Below the pieces are notes generated by a model, which saw nothing but the letters and a program-made list of their open reading frames with translations, did no database searches and had not been told where the DNA came from. From Anthoceros angustus (taxonomy: Eukaryota; Plantae; Anthocerotophyta): DNA of 64,000 bases. The stretch is taken from NCBI GenBank assembly GCA_010909165.1, contig VJWM01000249.1, positions 62,001 through 126,000 of the forward strand, written 5' to 3'. This document shows, in pieces, positions 35,746 to 49,348 of the stretch. A program made the translations under genes and the position numbers. The first letter of the stretch is position 1, and the number at the start of each line of letters is the position of its first letter.

Positions 35746-37310
35746 ATGGCGGCCGCTGCAGGAGCTCTCCGCGCACGGCCCGGCCCGCGATTGCGCCTCG
35801 CCTGGGCTGCGGGCCTGGCCGCCGCCGCCTGCATCTTCCTGGTAGCTTCCACGGCCAATCCATTTCCCCGGCGGCGGCTGCTGCTCCCGGTCCCGGGGCA
35901 CGTGCGTCTTGGATGCGATTACGGTGCGGGGAATTGGGTGCCGGATGCGGCCCGGCGGCCGGCCTACGATCACACCTGCCCGGACATTTTCAAGGGCTGG
36001 AACTGCGCAGCTGCAAAGAAACGGAATGCGCATTCTCTGCTGCGATGGCGGTGGTCTCCGACCGGATGTCATCTTCCGCAGCTGGATCCGCGGCTGTTTC
36101 TGGAGCGGTTCAGGAACAGGAGCATCGGTGAGGAAGGCGGGAGTCTCGCACCGATGCCGGATTTCGGACGCCTCCGGTGTCTGATGCGGGGGGAGGGGGA
36201 TGGGTGGCAGGGTTCGTGGGAGACTCGCTGAACCGGAACATGTACATCTCGCTGGCGTGCAGTTTGAGAGGTGCTGCCGGGAAGGCCGTCAAGGTGCGGC
36301 CTGGCGGGGCGGACAAGGGGTTGATGTTCCCCGCCTTCAACCTCACAATTGCATATCACCGGACCAATCTGCTAGCGCGGTACGGGAGGTGGGAGGCGAG
36401 CGGGAAGGGCCCGCTGGAGATGTTGGGGTTCAAGGAAGGGTACAGAGTCGATGCGGACGTTCCTCAGAGCAGCTGGGCAGAAGCGCCATTGCTGCACCAC
36501 GTTCTCGTCTTCAACACCGGGCATTGGTATGGGCCATCGCTTTGCTGCATCCCGGGAGGGAAGCTGGTGCTGGTGCTGTTTGTTGCTGGAGTTGGTGCTG
36601 TAGAGGAGGTGGTTCTGTCAGTGCAGGTGGTGGGCTCCGGACAAGTTCCATCCCCTCAATTCCCCACTGCTCTTTTTCCAAGGAGGAGAGCCGATTCTGC
36701 CTCCCATGGCTCCCGAACAAGGGCTGGACTTGGTGTTGCGCAACATGGTTCGCTACGCTTTGCTGGCTGCGTCTCTCGTTTGTTTGTCTGTCAGGGTGCC
36801 TGCAGCTGCTGAGTTAAATTCGCAATTGCAGATTGCGTTCGTGGAAGACAACATGCCCGGTGGATTCAAGTATTTCCGCACACAGTCGCCCAGGCACTTC
36901 AGCGGCGGTGACTGGAACGACGGGGGCTCATGTCGCTTCCACCGACCACTCCTGTCATTGCAGGTGCGTGCTACTTTCTACCTTTGTTTCTGTGGCTGGC
37001 AGCAGACGCGGAGGTCACCCACCTTCTCACGCAACTGTGTCACATGTGGAACAACCAGGTCGAACGCTTCTTCGCCACCAGTGTCAACACAGAGGCCCGC
37101 CTGGCCAACCAGCATGTAGTCAGAGCTGTTCTCGGAACTAGTTTCGTACTTCTGGATGTCACGCCCATGAGCGAATATCGTGCTGACGCGCATCCGGCCC
37201 AATCAGGAGGCAAGTTGCATGAAGATTGCATGCATTGGTGTTTGCCAGGCTTACCAGATTTGTGGAACGACATGCTCGCGGCTCATCTTCTGGACCAACC
37301 AACGTCCTAG
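35746..37310 (+). CDS. Trichome birefringence-like (TBL/DUF231) O-acetyltransferase, TBL12/13-like, multi-exon
   Basis: N-terminal TM, CDY..GNWV..C..IFKGWNC..WRWSP..C, FVGDSLNRN, FNTGHW, FRTQSPRHF.GGDW, RADAHP, DCMHWCLPG.PD.WN. Confidence 0.93.
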
Positions 37311-37497
37311 CAACAGGAAAGGGACATAGGTTACAGTCTCCAAAAAAAGTTTCTTGCTTCAGGAAGACATCTAAAGAGTACAAGTCATTCCGTCAGGACG
37401 CGGGCAAATTGCTGGCGAACTTCTCTGTCCAGCTTCTTGATTGTTTCCTCATGTTCCCGCGGATATCCCACAAAGACTCCTTGCTACACCAAAACCT

Positions 37498-38934
37498 CTA
37501 AGCGAACAAGTCAATCCCCCAGAAGCATGCGGGCTGATTGCTGCGAGCTCCCCTGTCCAGCTTCTTGATCGCCTCCAGGTCTTCCCGTGAGAGCTCAAAA
37601 TCAAACACATCCACATTCTCCTGTAGCCTATCCAACTTGCTAGACTTGGGAATGACAACCGTCTGTCGCTGGAGGCCCCACCTCAAAACAATTTGTGCAG
37701 GAGTTTTCTTGTACTTCAGTGCCAGATCCTGCCACGAAAGAAAGGTGTTCATCAACACTCGTCCTGCCCACTTCCCACCATCCTGCAAATAGAAACACAA
37801 CTCCACTCACCTGAATTACGGGATCCTCCAACGGCGATGACGATCCAAATACCTCGTTGTTCGCTGAACCGCCGCCCAGAGGCGTGTGGGCCGTGACCAC
37901 CAGGTTGTGCTTTTGGCAGAATTTGACGAGGTCTTCTCTCTGGAAATAAGGATGCGTCTCTATCTGGTTCACGGCAGGCTTGATTTTGGAATAAGCGAGA
38001 CAGTCCCGTGTCAAAAACAGGTCATAGTTGCTGGAAGCACACATGAAAATTCATAAGACTTTGCAAAGGGCATGCACGACAATGCAACCAAGCGGATTCA
38101 AGAGATATATCACCTGATGCCGATGTGACGAACTAGGCCTGCAGAGACAAGATTTTCCATCGCGCGCCACGTTGTCTCCAAGGAGATAGTGACATCGATG
38201 TCAAGCACTCCGTCCGGACCTTTTGCACTGCCCGTTGTCCCAACACCTGTTGAGACAATATGGATTGAATTTCTTCAATGCGACTGCAAACAGGAAACAT
38301 GCAGATTGGTACAAGGAAGCTGGTGCAAGGCCCCTCGCCCACCTGTATGTCGGGTAGCAATAGGGAAATGAACCAAGTATAAGTCCAAATAGCCCAACCG
38401 CAAGTTCTTCAGACTATCTTCACATGCTTCTCGGACATGCCCATGATCGGAGTTCCACAGCTGCAGGATAGGATAGGTCTTAACATCGATACCCTCCCAG
38501 ACCAGCCATCTTCTATGCAGACATGGCAGGTCTTCTTGAAACCCTGCAAAGCTGGGCACCCTACCTTGGTAGTGATGAATAGTTCCTCACGTTTCACCAA
38601 GCCCTGCGCCAAGCCATCAGCAAGAGCTGCTCCCACCTCCTTCTCATTTCCGTAGTCAGCTGCATCAAACACACGGGGCCCTTAAGCTACAAGCAGGCAG
38701 AGCTGGATTAGAGCGTAGCAGTGACACAGACGGGCAGTGGGCAAGCACGTAAGTGTACGTTATTGCAAAGAGGTGGCCAGCAAACAAACCGGCACAATCA
38801 AAGTGGCGGTAACCGAGGCGGAGGGCTTGCAGGATAACGCCATGGAGCACTCCAGGCTGAGTGCGCCATACCCCCAAACCCACACTGGGCATTTGCCGTC
38901 CACCGCCCAGCAGCAGCGCACCCTTCTCTGCCAT
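37498..38934 (-). CDS. Aldo-keto reductase, sorbitol-6-phosphate dehydrogenase / mannose-6-phosphate reductase-like, multi-exon
   Basis: [73 protein letters not shown]-terminal FWGIDLFA. Confidence 0.93.
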
Positions 38935-39233
38935 GCTTCCTCCTGCGAAGAAGCTGATGCTGTTTCTCCCTTTATATGTGGCACCAAACCGACGGCACGG
39001 TCGGGACATCTTAGGTCAGCATACCGCATATTCTACGACTGTCCCTAACTCTCCTAACCTGAGGTTAGTTAACTGGCCCCACCTACCAGGAGACCGATGC
39101 TCATACGTTTTCAATACGAAGGCCCAAAAGACCCGTAATCTTGCAGTTCAACGTAAACTTGCAATACAATGCTACAAAAGAATAATTATTAGTCCCTAGA
39201 CACACGCCAACTTCTCTTTGGCTCGCACTTGAA

Positions 39234-42200
39234 CTAAGATTTCCCAGTCATATACTTCTCAATGTACTTATCAACCAACGATCGGATCTGTTTGTCACAA
39301 CCACAGAGTACGTCAGAACGCCCACCTAATCAAAGCAAAGCACCGAAATACTACTACACCCCAGCGATGCAGCAACCATATGCAACGAGTGGTGCAACAT
39401 GTTTACCTTACTCTTCCGTTTGACATTAAGAAACTCGGAAACATCTTGCACTTCAGTGCTTCCCGACTTCCTTTCCATTACCTTTGAGACAGACATTCAA
39501 AGATACTATGAACATAGATGGACAAAACGCACTATGCACAGGACCCTGATGAGGAAAATACACTAAACCCTCTACATCGGAGCTATTAAGGGAGCAGCTG
39601 TTGTGACATACCTTAGCAGTCGCACCCCTGAGTATGGTTTTGTACGTCTCTTTGTCAATCTTTCTTGACTTGTAGAGAGGCGTCAACAAATGCCCGATGT
39701 ATTCAGCAACGGCCTTCTTGATGTCCTGGTCATACAGTGACTTCAATTCCACCCGTGGATTACCGTCAGACTTTGGGTCAACTGGTTCACTTGGCCCATC
39801 ATGTCCAGTCTCCCCTTTTCCTGAACAGGCAAGAGGGTGAGATTCTCGCACAGCCACCACAGCCTCACTCGTAATGGAGGCATTCACCGGTTTGGGTGCC
39901 TGCGCACCACTCCCTTGCCCAGCAGTTGCCGACAAACTTATGGAGGCATCCACTGGCTTGGTTGGCTCCACAACATTCCCTTGCCCAGCATTTGTCAGCA
40001 AACTCTCCTCAGCTTTAATATGCAATTTAGCCTCGTGTTCTTGTGGTGTATCCACAGCTGGAGTTGGAGTTTGAACCCTGTTCACACTCATCTGTCTTCC
40101 ACTTAGTCTGCTCCTCTCATCCTCCTGATTTTTTATCTTTGACAGAGGGGTACTTGGATGTCCCAACAACATATCTCGATGGGTACCAGAAGTATCTCGA
40201 TGGGTACCAGAGTGATCTCGAAGGCCACCCGAGTGATCCCGATGGCCACCAGATTGATCCCGATGGCCACCAGATTGATCCCGATGGCCACCAGAGTGAT
40301 CCCGATGGCCACCAGAGTGATCCCGATGGCCACCAGAGTGATCCCGATGGCCACCAGAGTGATCCCGATGGCCACCAGAGTGATCCCGGTGGCCACCAGA
40401 GTGATCCCGATGGACTCCAGAGTGATCCCGATAGCTACCAGAGTTATCTCGATGGACACCAGAGTTGGCCATCTGCTCTTTGCCAGGAACACTTTTTGTC
40501 CTGTGGATACCTCCAAATTCTAGAGGACCACTCGTGGGAGAGTACAGTTGCCTGCGGCCCGGCTTTCCACCATCAGACCACTTTTTCTTCTTCCAATCTG
40601 GCACCTCGTCCTTAACTGCCAATTGCTCTTGCTTGGAGAATTTGTGGAATGATGGGATTTTGGGAAGAACAGGCAAAGCATTTCTCTCAGCCTCTGCTCT
40701 TGCATATGCCTGCGAACAGATAGCCACCAATTAACCTGACATGCTAGACAACCTCAACCAAGTAGCATCAGTACAGGGTAAGGCCCATTGCATTCCACGA
40801 AATGCAAGTCACCCGACTGTCAGAATCTACGTACGCACACAAACAGAAGCCAAGTGACTAATCTTTGAGCCACACCTCAGCAGCTGCCTTGGCGGCAGCT
40901 TGGGCTGCCTCTGCAGCAGCAAGAGCAGCTGCCTCTGTTTCAGAGAGAACTCTTGAAGCAGCCTCTAAATCCTTTCCAGGTTCAGCACCACCCTCCACAT
41001 GAATTACTTGATCAACATAAGAAGATTCCTGCAAATGGGGTGAACCCAAATGCCGTTTGCTCTGACTGACTGGTGAACCACCATTCAGAGAAGTTGATTT
41101 GTTTTCCGGTGCAGGACTTAGCTCAAGTGCACGCTGTTCCCCCACATTTACACTGGATTTTACTTCTCTTCCCTTGCCCTTCATGCTCCCAGTGACTTGT
41201 GGTTTTGATTTCTTAGGCAATTTTGGAATTCCATAGATAGCTTTCTCCTTCCTGAAAACTTCGACCCACTTCTTGACCAGCTGGCCTGCCACAGCCCGAA
41301 TGTCCCTGCTGGTATGTACCCAGACCTTTTCCTTGACCGTCCTTCCAATACCTGCCCAACAAATATGCTTTCTACCATTAAATCGCATAAGCACAACCCT
41401 TTCAACCAGCGAGGAAAACCAGACTTACCAGATTGTCTTATACAGAACAGATCTGTCGCAACTGAAAGGAGTAGACGCACACAGAGCCTTAGCAGCTGTG
41501 TCCCATCCTTGCCCATGGAATCCTGTTAACATCAACAAGAGGCAGATGTGAATCAAACCAAACCCAAACCATGAAGACAATACACTTGCATTCTGAATCC
41601 CAAATGTTAACACATATGGCACTGTGTTCACTCTAGAAAACAGATCTGTCAATGCAGCTCCCATTAATATCCCACAGCATCCAGAAAGTATAGCAAAGCT
41701 GGTAGCCTCGGAACATGCAAGGTGTACAGACTTGGTGAAACACAGAAAATTAACGCTGCAGTAATCATTCGTACCAATATCCAGTTGTTTAGAAGACTCA
41801 GCCCAACTTTTGTTCCAGCAAAACTTCTGAGTGAAGACACTGGTAGCTGCAGCATTTCCTTTGCCAGAAACAGCCGCCCAGCAGTAGTCTTAGCATGGTG
41901 AAACATATCCTTGAGGAGATCCGACTGACTCAAGGGCCTCTGCTCTCCATGCAATGACCCAACATCAGCCCGTAGAGCATTGGACAACTCTGCAGCTGAA
42001 AGCCGCTTCTCCATATCCCTGACTTCATTCCTCTCACTATCAGACTGCCTTTGTGCAGCTGCCATAGCTTCAGCTTCAGCAGTTGAGTCCCCACGATTCT
42101 CAAGAATATTGAAAATTCGGATGGCTTCTCTAAGTCCACTCATCATTGCTCCCCCAACTGTGTCTGGATGTTCCTTACACGTCCCTTCACCAGCAAAGAA

Positions 42201-45200
42201 CACACAACCCTCAACTGGGCGACCCAGTATGTCGTAGTCCTCACCTGAGGCACCCAAAGCTACATATGAGTAGGCGCCTCTGCTGTAAGGATCGCTTCCC
42301 CAGTTGGTCAGGACCGAAGCTACAGGATCTGGAACATGTTCTTCTCCAAACAACTTCCTCAATACACCTAAAGCGTGGCCTAGTATTTCGGATTTCTCCT
42401 TCATCTCTCCCTCATAGGAGGCACTTCCTACAACTAGTGCAATCAGTATTGGTACACCACAAGTCCTCTTCAGGTTCCAGAACATGAAACATTTCCCCCT
42501 AAGCTCTGTGCTCTCCGCAGTTGCACCAAAATAGTCCACTGTCTCATCCCAAAAGACAGATGGGAACTCCATTACTAGCTTATTCAGAAGACCAAAGCCC
42601 AGCCTTTTTATGGATGCAAGCTTCCAGTCTGGTAAAGAAGGCTCAAATTCTATCGAGTCCCCTTTCAAGCAACCGAGAGGAACAGTGATAAGAACAGCAT
42701 CACCACCAAAAACTTCCCCATTTTCCGTTTTCACATTCACCACTCTACGCATCTCACCTTTATTTTCTCCCTCCTTTACACTGTATGCAATATGGGTTAC
42801 TACACTTCCAAGATGGATATTCAGATTCTCACCCATGGCTTCCATTATGGTGCTGTAACCGCCCTTTATCATGCAGTGGGGTCCGCCAAAGCCTCCATAC
42901 ACATCGTCTTGGTTCCAATAAGGCAAAGATACTTTACAGAGTTCTGCTGCACATCCATACTCCAAGTTTGCAAAGTGCCAGTCCATTATGCGACGTTCAA
43001 GTGGACTTGCCACTTGAGTCCCAGTCCCTGAGCCCTGAGACTCAGACCCTAAGCAACTGACTTCAACAAGAACCTCAACTGGCTCAGATGATGAAGGAAG
43101 AATATTGTCTCTGGTATCCAGCCCCCCTAATGAATCACACAATGATGGCTTCGCATGTGTGCTCTCAATTTGACAGGCTGCAGTATCCGGGTCATCTTGT
43201 TCCTCAACTGGCTTAGGTGATGATGGAAGCACACTGTCTCTTGTATCCAGCCCCCCTGGTGAATCACAAGATGATGGCCTTGCATGTGTGCTCTCAACTT
43301 GACAGGCTGCAGAATCCAGGTCATCTTGTTTTAACACCAACTGGGATGACTTCAACACATCTATCCTGTCCACCTCCGGCCCAGTGCTGTTTACCAGAGG
43401 TGCCACCGCAACACCAGATACAATACTCCCATTGCCAGCAGAAAGTTTGCTTGCTCGCCGTTGATCTAGTAAATATTCCAATCCCTCCCCAAGTGACATG
43501 CGCATTGCGGCTTCACCATTGTGGGCAACCAGAGCCACTGTATCGTCCAGCAGACTGTTGTATTCAGCCTCAAGTGCAGCATCCACATCAGCAGGAACCT
43601 TCAGCCCAGTTACAGAATCATAGAGAGGACAATCACCACTCAATGTTGTCAGCTCAAGGCCTAGCTGCCTACAGAGAAGAGCAGAAGGATCAGCCCTTCT
43701 CTCTGCTGCAACGTCAGCCTCAACTCCTGTGATGATACTGGCTCCTAGATCAACTGGTGCAGAAAAACTAGAGCGATCTGTGTAGACCCTCCCTCCAACC
43801 CGATTGCGAGCCTCCAGCACAATCACATCAAACTTCATCCGCTGCAAATGCCTTGCAGCTGTCAGACCAGCTGGCCCAGCACCTACAACAACAACAGTTT
43901 TCTTCAGAGTCTTCCCCTCTGTTTCTGTATCTGAAAGGTGAGTCTGGTCCTCATACAAGGTTTGGGGTTGAAAAGAACCCTTATGGAGCCCCTGCAAAAC
44001 CTCAGCACTCCTAAAATCAAGCCCATCAGAAGAAACCAATGACTTCTTTAATTGCTCAGGCGCACTAAGCAATCGTCTCAGAAGCACCTCAGAGCTATGC
44101 ACGCCCTTTGGTTGTTCCTTATGCTCACTACCTACACCCCCTGCTGATGATCCACACAAATTGCCCGGCTGTGGCAACAACTGGACCACATTCTCACCAC
44201 AGTTACCTTCTAATACATCTACCGCTCCCAAATTTTGCTCAACAACCCCCTCTCGCAGAATTGAATCGTGGCCTTTCAGCTCATGTGCTACTGAATGGGG
44301 ATGTACACCTGCAGCCACATCTATATCCATGGGATCCGTCCCACCCTCAGCTGAAAGAACATCAAGGCCCTTGTCACTGTCCAGGATTCTCGTACTAATC
44401 TCAGTGCTCTTCGCCGTATTGACTACTCCATTTTCAACTATTTCCAACCCGAGTTTCCCAGGCACTGAAACACACCTCAGTAACTTCTCTGGTTCTCCGC
44501 GAATTTGTCCAAGTATAAGAGCAGCTTCTGCTTCATCATCATCCACAACACTGGCATCTTCATGGGAATGGCTTATACTCAACACCTCGTTCACCTCAGC
44601 AGCAGCAGTGCCTTCATACTGCACAATATCTTTCTCTACATGCAGAAAGTTTTCCTTTTTCACAGCTAGACCGGTGTTGATGTACCCCTGAACGAGCAGA
44701 CAGTGATCTAATCAGGACAATGGAAGTTTGGAATCACTGACATCCCCCACACCACCAGTGGTGAGTGACACATGTCATGTGCAAAGGCAGAGTCAGCAAA
44801 TCAATGTTACCGTATGCTTCAGCCTAGCATCTTTGAAGCCACAACTCATCAGCGACTGGAAGATAAAATTGAGGTTGTGAGGTGTACTCACATGGATTTC
44901 CAGAAACTCGTGAATTTCACGAACCAGGACGGACCGGGGAGAAATATCTGAGGATGGGAAGAGGCTGCGGATGCAGTCCTCAACACTGAGAATGCATTTC
45001 ACGTCCCTGTCCCATAGCCCCAAGATCTTGTTCCTAAACTCCAGTCACATAGATGTCAGTACAAACACAATTCCCATCCATGGGTGAGCAGCACAACAGC
45101 AATTGTAATCGACACTACGCACTTGCAATAAAGTACATCCAGGGTCACATAACAAGAATTCCAGCGCAAAAGAGCTAAGAAATCCACCTGTACTCCAAAT

Positions 45201-46488
45201 ACTCCCCGAGCCCACCCCGCCTCTTCAGAGCCTCCTTGAAATGGATTCGTTCAGAAGGTCCAGGAGCACGGGCTTTCAATCCAGCAGCTACAGCAGCCAC
45301 CTCTCCGACATCAGATTCAGGTGAAGATAGGCCAGCCCTTGTCCTACCTCTTCCAAACCGATCCTTCTCCGATAGATCAGTGACATGCTCAGGATCTCCC
45401 ATAAGCACTTCCCATTCTACATCACCCTCATACGCCATGTCATCATGCCGCCGTTTCCTGGGTTGCCGAGGAGGTGGAGGAGGAGGTGGTGCTCGCTTCC
45501 CCGCTTTTCGACGTTCCTTGATACTGCCCTTCCCAAGGCCTGTGCCACCATCCTGAGAAGCTTTACGGCTCTTCCCAGTCCCAGTGCCATCATCCTGAGA
45601 AGCTTTACGGCCCTTCCCAGTCCCTGCCTTATCATCCTGAGAAGCTTTACGCGACCGTTTCGAGGGCTTCTGCTTAGACGACCCTGCAGACTGCCGCTTC
45701 TTGCTTCCAGAGGTGCTGGCAACATCCCTGGATGACCCCTTTCCTTCCAGAGAACCTCTACCGGCCTTGCTGTCTGAGAGGCTAACAGGGACAGGTAGCT
45801 CAGGATCCTCTTGCTTCTGTGCTGATTGCTGGCCACCTGTTTCCTGCATATCCTCATCGTCATCATCAGGCATGTCAGAATCATGAGCATCTTGTCCTTC
45901 ATCCTCTCTCTCACACGTCCCTCCCCCGGATCCTCCATCCGTAAAAGCAGCTTGAGCATCACCCACCTGATCGGTCTTGACAGCACTTCCATCCAAGGGC
46001 TGGGCACCAGAGGAGGAGGCCCTGAGAGCCTGCTCACTTGTGGTGGTGGCCACGGCACCAGATCTTTTCCTGGCCAGGGCCTTAGTCTTTTTCATAAAAC
46101 CAAACAGGCTGAGGCTGTCATCGTCGTCTTCACCATCATCGCGGCTGTTTGATTTCATGATGGAGAGTTCAGCGGAGTTGTGGAGCTTGGGCAGGGAGCG
46201 TCTCTTGCTGTAGACCTTGGGACCCGTGCCGTCCTTACCCTCAGCAGCTGGTGCCCCGTCCTCCACAGGGACATCAGCAGCAGAAGCACCGGAAGACATA
46301 TCCAAGGGTACATCCTTAAAAGGGGAAGCCGTAATATCTGCATCAATTAAATGCAAAGCCCCCGAGACTGGGCCGAGACAGGAATGTTCTCCTGTCTGCT
46401 GCTCTTGCCCCTGCCCTTGCCCTTGCCCTTGCCCTTGCCCTTGCTCCTGTTTCTCTTCCTGCTCCTCCTGTTCCTGCCCCTGTTCCAT
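39234..46488 (-). CDS. LDL3: Lysine-specific histone demethylase 1 homolog 3 (SWIRM + amine oxidase + C-terminal extension), multi-exon
   Basis: RRHDDMAYEGDVEWE, GAGPAGL FAD motif, DLGASIITG, MDWHFANLEYGCA, GGPHCMIKGGYS, EHPDTVGGAMMSGLREA, HTSRDIRAVAGQLV, C-terminal LLTPLYKSRKIDKETYK. Start ATG 46488 follows a splice acceptor. Confidence 0.93.
40173..40466 (-). repeat. Coding 21-bp minisatellite, ~14 units of HSGGHRD, within LDL3
   Basis: Repeats of ccagagtgatcccgatggcca. Confidence 0.95.
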
Positions 46489-47300
46489 GTCTGCCGGATG
46501 CAGAAAGCAGTCTCCTGCTGCCTTCATGCTTGCGGGCATCAGCAAGAGCAACAGAGCGGGAGCACAAATGCAACTTTAGGTTTTCAAGCGAAACAGAGAG
46601 AACGGAGGGAGCAGCTGGTGGCACCTCCCGTGGAGCGGACTTGCAGCTTACATCAGCCTGCATCCCTGACCACTGCTCTCCTCGTCTGGCATACTATAGG
46701 CTGGCCAAGAGGCCAAGGCCGTGATTGCCCTGGCCTTTGCCTCTGCACAAGGCACCGAAGCTGGCAGTGATACGCAATTCCACATGACATCCAGCTAGAG
46801 CCCCGGCCGACAACGCCATGTCTGTTTGCCGGGCTGGGCGACAATCCGACCACACGCGAGTGCTCGCAATCTAAAACTTGCTGCCACACAACACAGCAGT
46901 TGACGGCCAGCTATACTGGAGCCTTCGCTGCTTCGTTCACGGTGCAGGCGTGGGCAAAGGTCCACAGCCTCGACGGGACGGAACGGCTATGACTGACCGA
47001 GCGTCCTTCGATCCAAGAGAAAGGCCAGTGGGCGCCCCACTTGAATCAATCACGGCATGCATTTGGCAATGGCATCACTACGCGCACACCTTCCTTGATC
47101 CCTTCTTCCTATGTATTTCCTAGGCCACAACATTGGCCACGCTCCCAACAGGCCGACACCCAATTACAAAAACATACTTAACACAGGAGGACCGTTTCAT
47201 GTTCAGCATAAATTAAAAAGCGGAGGAGAATTTACAGGACCGCATTTGTACATGCTGGACTTAAAACGACCCGACCCGACCTCTTGCTCTCTCTCTCTCT

Positions 47301-49348
47301 TCACATCAAATGCTGCCGCTTGAAGCACCAATAAAACGCCAGGAACATCAGAAGGCCACAAGACCCAGCTATGATAAGAACCCACTTGAAAGCTCGAGGT
47401 TCTTCAAACAGCCACAGCGGGATGTTCATACCGAACACTCCTGCAACCACTCCAAAAAAGGTGAACACGAAAGTGAGAGTCGTGAGCATCAGCTCATATC
47501 GGATGAGTTGGTTCCGAACATTGTCCTGCCACGCAGACAACCAAACAGAGAGGTGTGAATCGACCCATTTAAGTATCCAACGGAACCAGAGCAGATCTCG
47601 GTGCATCATCATAAGCATACCAGCTGAATGTTGATGAAGTCCTCCGTGTCGTCAATGAACTCTTTTAACTGTATGTACATCAGGTGACTCGAGTTAGAGC
47701 ACTGACATGTGTGTGGCAAGCTCATCTCTCTTTCATTTCAACAAAACCGTCTCATCTAGCTGCTCAGGCACTCCACGCCGCAAGACAGTAAATCAAACCA
47801 GGACTTCAACAGGGCTTTCAAAGAGTTAGTGGAAGCTATACCGACGTCAGTTTGCTGAGAGTCCCGTCAATCACCACAAAGTAAGCTTCTAACAACATTT
47901 CCAGCTCCTCCACCCTTTCAGCACCACTATCCGAGAAACTGTCTCTTGCCATGCTTAATGTCCTCTCCAAAGCTTTAGAAGCTGCTTTTGGCGAAGGAGG
48001 GCACGAGTGAGAGGCGAGAGACCCTACTGATCCTTGCGACAGTGGAGCGTAGCCTGGATAGCCTGTTCCCCCCTTCTTCGCTGTTAAATACATTTCGTGC
48101 ATATCACCATCATCGTCCATCAGTTGTTCTATCTCATCCCTGACCTGAGACAGAATCCAGTCAAGAACATGTCAGAGGAGAGAGGAAGGACAGTAGGCAC
48201 ACCTTGCACTGAATATTCCCTTCCAAGACATCAGAGAGACTTCTGCCTTAAATCCGTACCTTCTGGACCCGATTTGTACAAGCAACAAGCCTGCACTTCA
48301 ACTTACGCACCAGCTCCAGGTTCAGAGTGCTGATCTTACTAGTAAGCTCATCAAGCACTGGCCAGGCCTCGTTCTCAAGGGCAGTGGCCTGGATAAGAGA
48401 AGAACACAATTAAGAGAGATTTTGCCCAGGCCTTCAAGCTGCAACACCATATACCTATCATTACATCGAAATGAGGTACTAGTAGGTCTCCCACTTGAAC
48501 TGCCCCCCAACTACCTATGTGCAGTGAGGAACCTTGATGTGAGAGAGGTGCAAAAACTTGTACCTCCAAGACACTGAAATAGAGCTTTCACAACTGTGCT
48601 CGCAGGCAGAAATTGATAAAGGAGGGACATGCATCACCTAGAACAAATCCTACTACAAGCAACAGTTACTGCTAGCATGACACATGAAAGTGATTATCAC
48701 TTTCATGTGTCATGACGAGAAAAGATCACACACCTGAGAATCGAGAAATGTACAGGCTGCTTCCAAGGCAACCTCAAGTGCTCGAAATTCGAAAGGTAAA
48801 TCGTCAGCAGATGAGCCACTGAACATATCGCCATCATTGCTAATATGCTCTCTTACTGCATGACCACCTTTCTGTTCAGATATAGGTCGCCCACCAGGGG
48901 ACCTCCACTTAAAATTCGAAACATCCGAAAGATGCTTGGTGGACAGACGCCTTTTAAGCTCTTCAACATATTGTTGAACATAGCGATCCTGGGAGTCCAA
49001 AACAAAGACCTCATCCGCAGTTATTATGCACCTGATCTGTTCTAAATTAACTACAATTGCCTTCTCCCGTCCAAGAATTGTGGATGGATATACAAAGTTA
49101 GGATCTAAAAGGCGTAGATCACGAGCCGGCAACTCACAGCGCTTCATAAGTGAAGCCTTATCTACCTCGAGGTTTTCAGAAGTCCCAGAAGAAGTAATTT
49201 TCACCCAGTTCTTAACATACTGCCCCCGTTTTTTAATTTGCTGGCCATCCATGCCCTGAAAAAGAGGTCGCACCGGTCCGAGCGGGCGACCAGGACCCTC
49301 GGAGGTCTGGAGCCGAGGGGGAAGGAGTCGAGCCTTCAGGTCCCCCAT
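47301..49348 (-). CDS. MRS2: MRS2/MGT magnesium transporter, MRS2-1-like, multi-exon
   Basis: LPARDLRLLDP..YPSTILGREKAIVVNLEQIRCIITADEV, LPFEFRALEVALE, MDDDGDM, EELEMLLEAYF, RNQLIRYEL and GMN motif between two TM helices. Confidence 0.95.

Noticed and set aside
40043-40615. Repeat as a CRISPR array or as independent antisense ORFs
   Set aside because: Head-to-tail 21-mers without spacers, inside an LDL3 exon.
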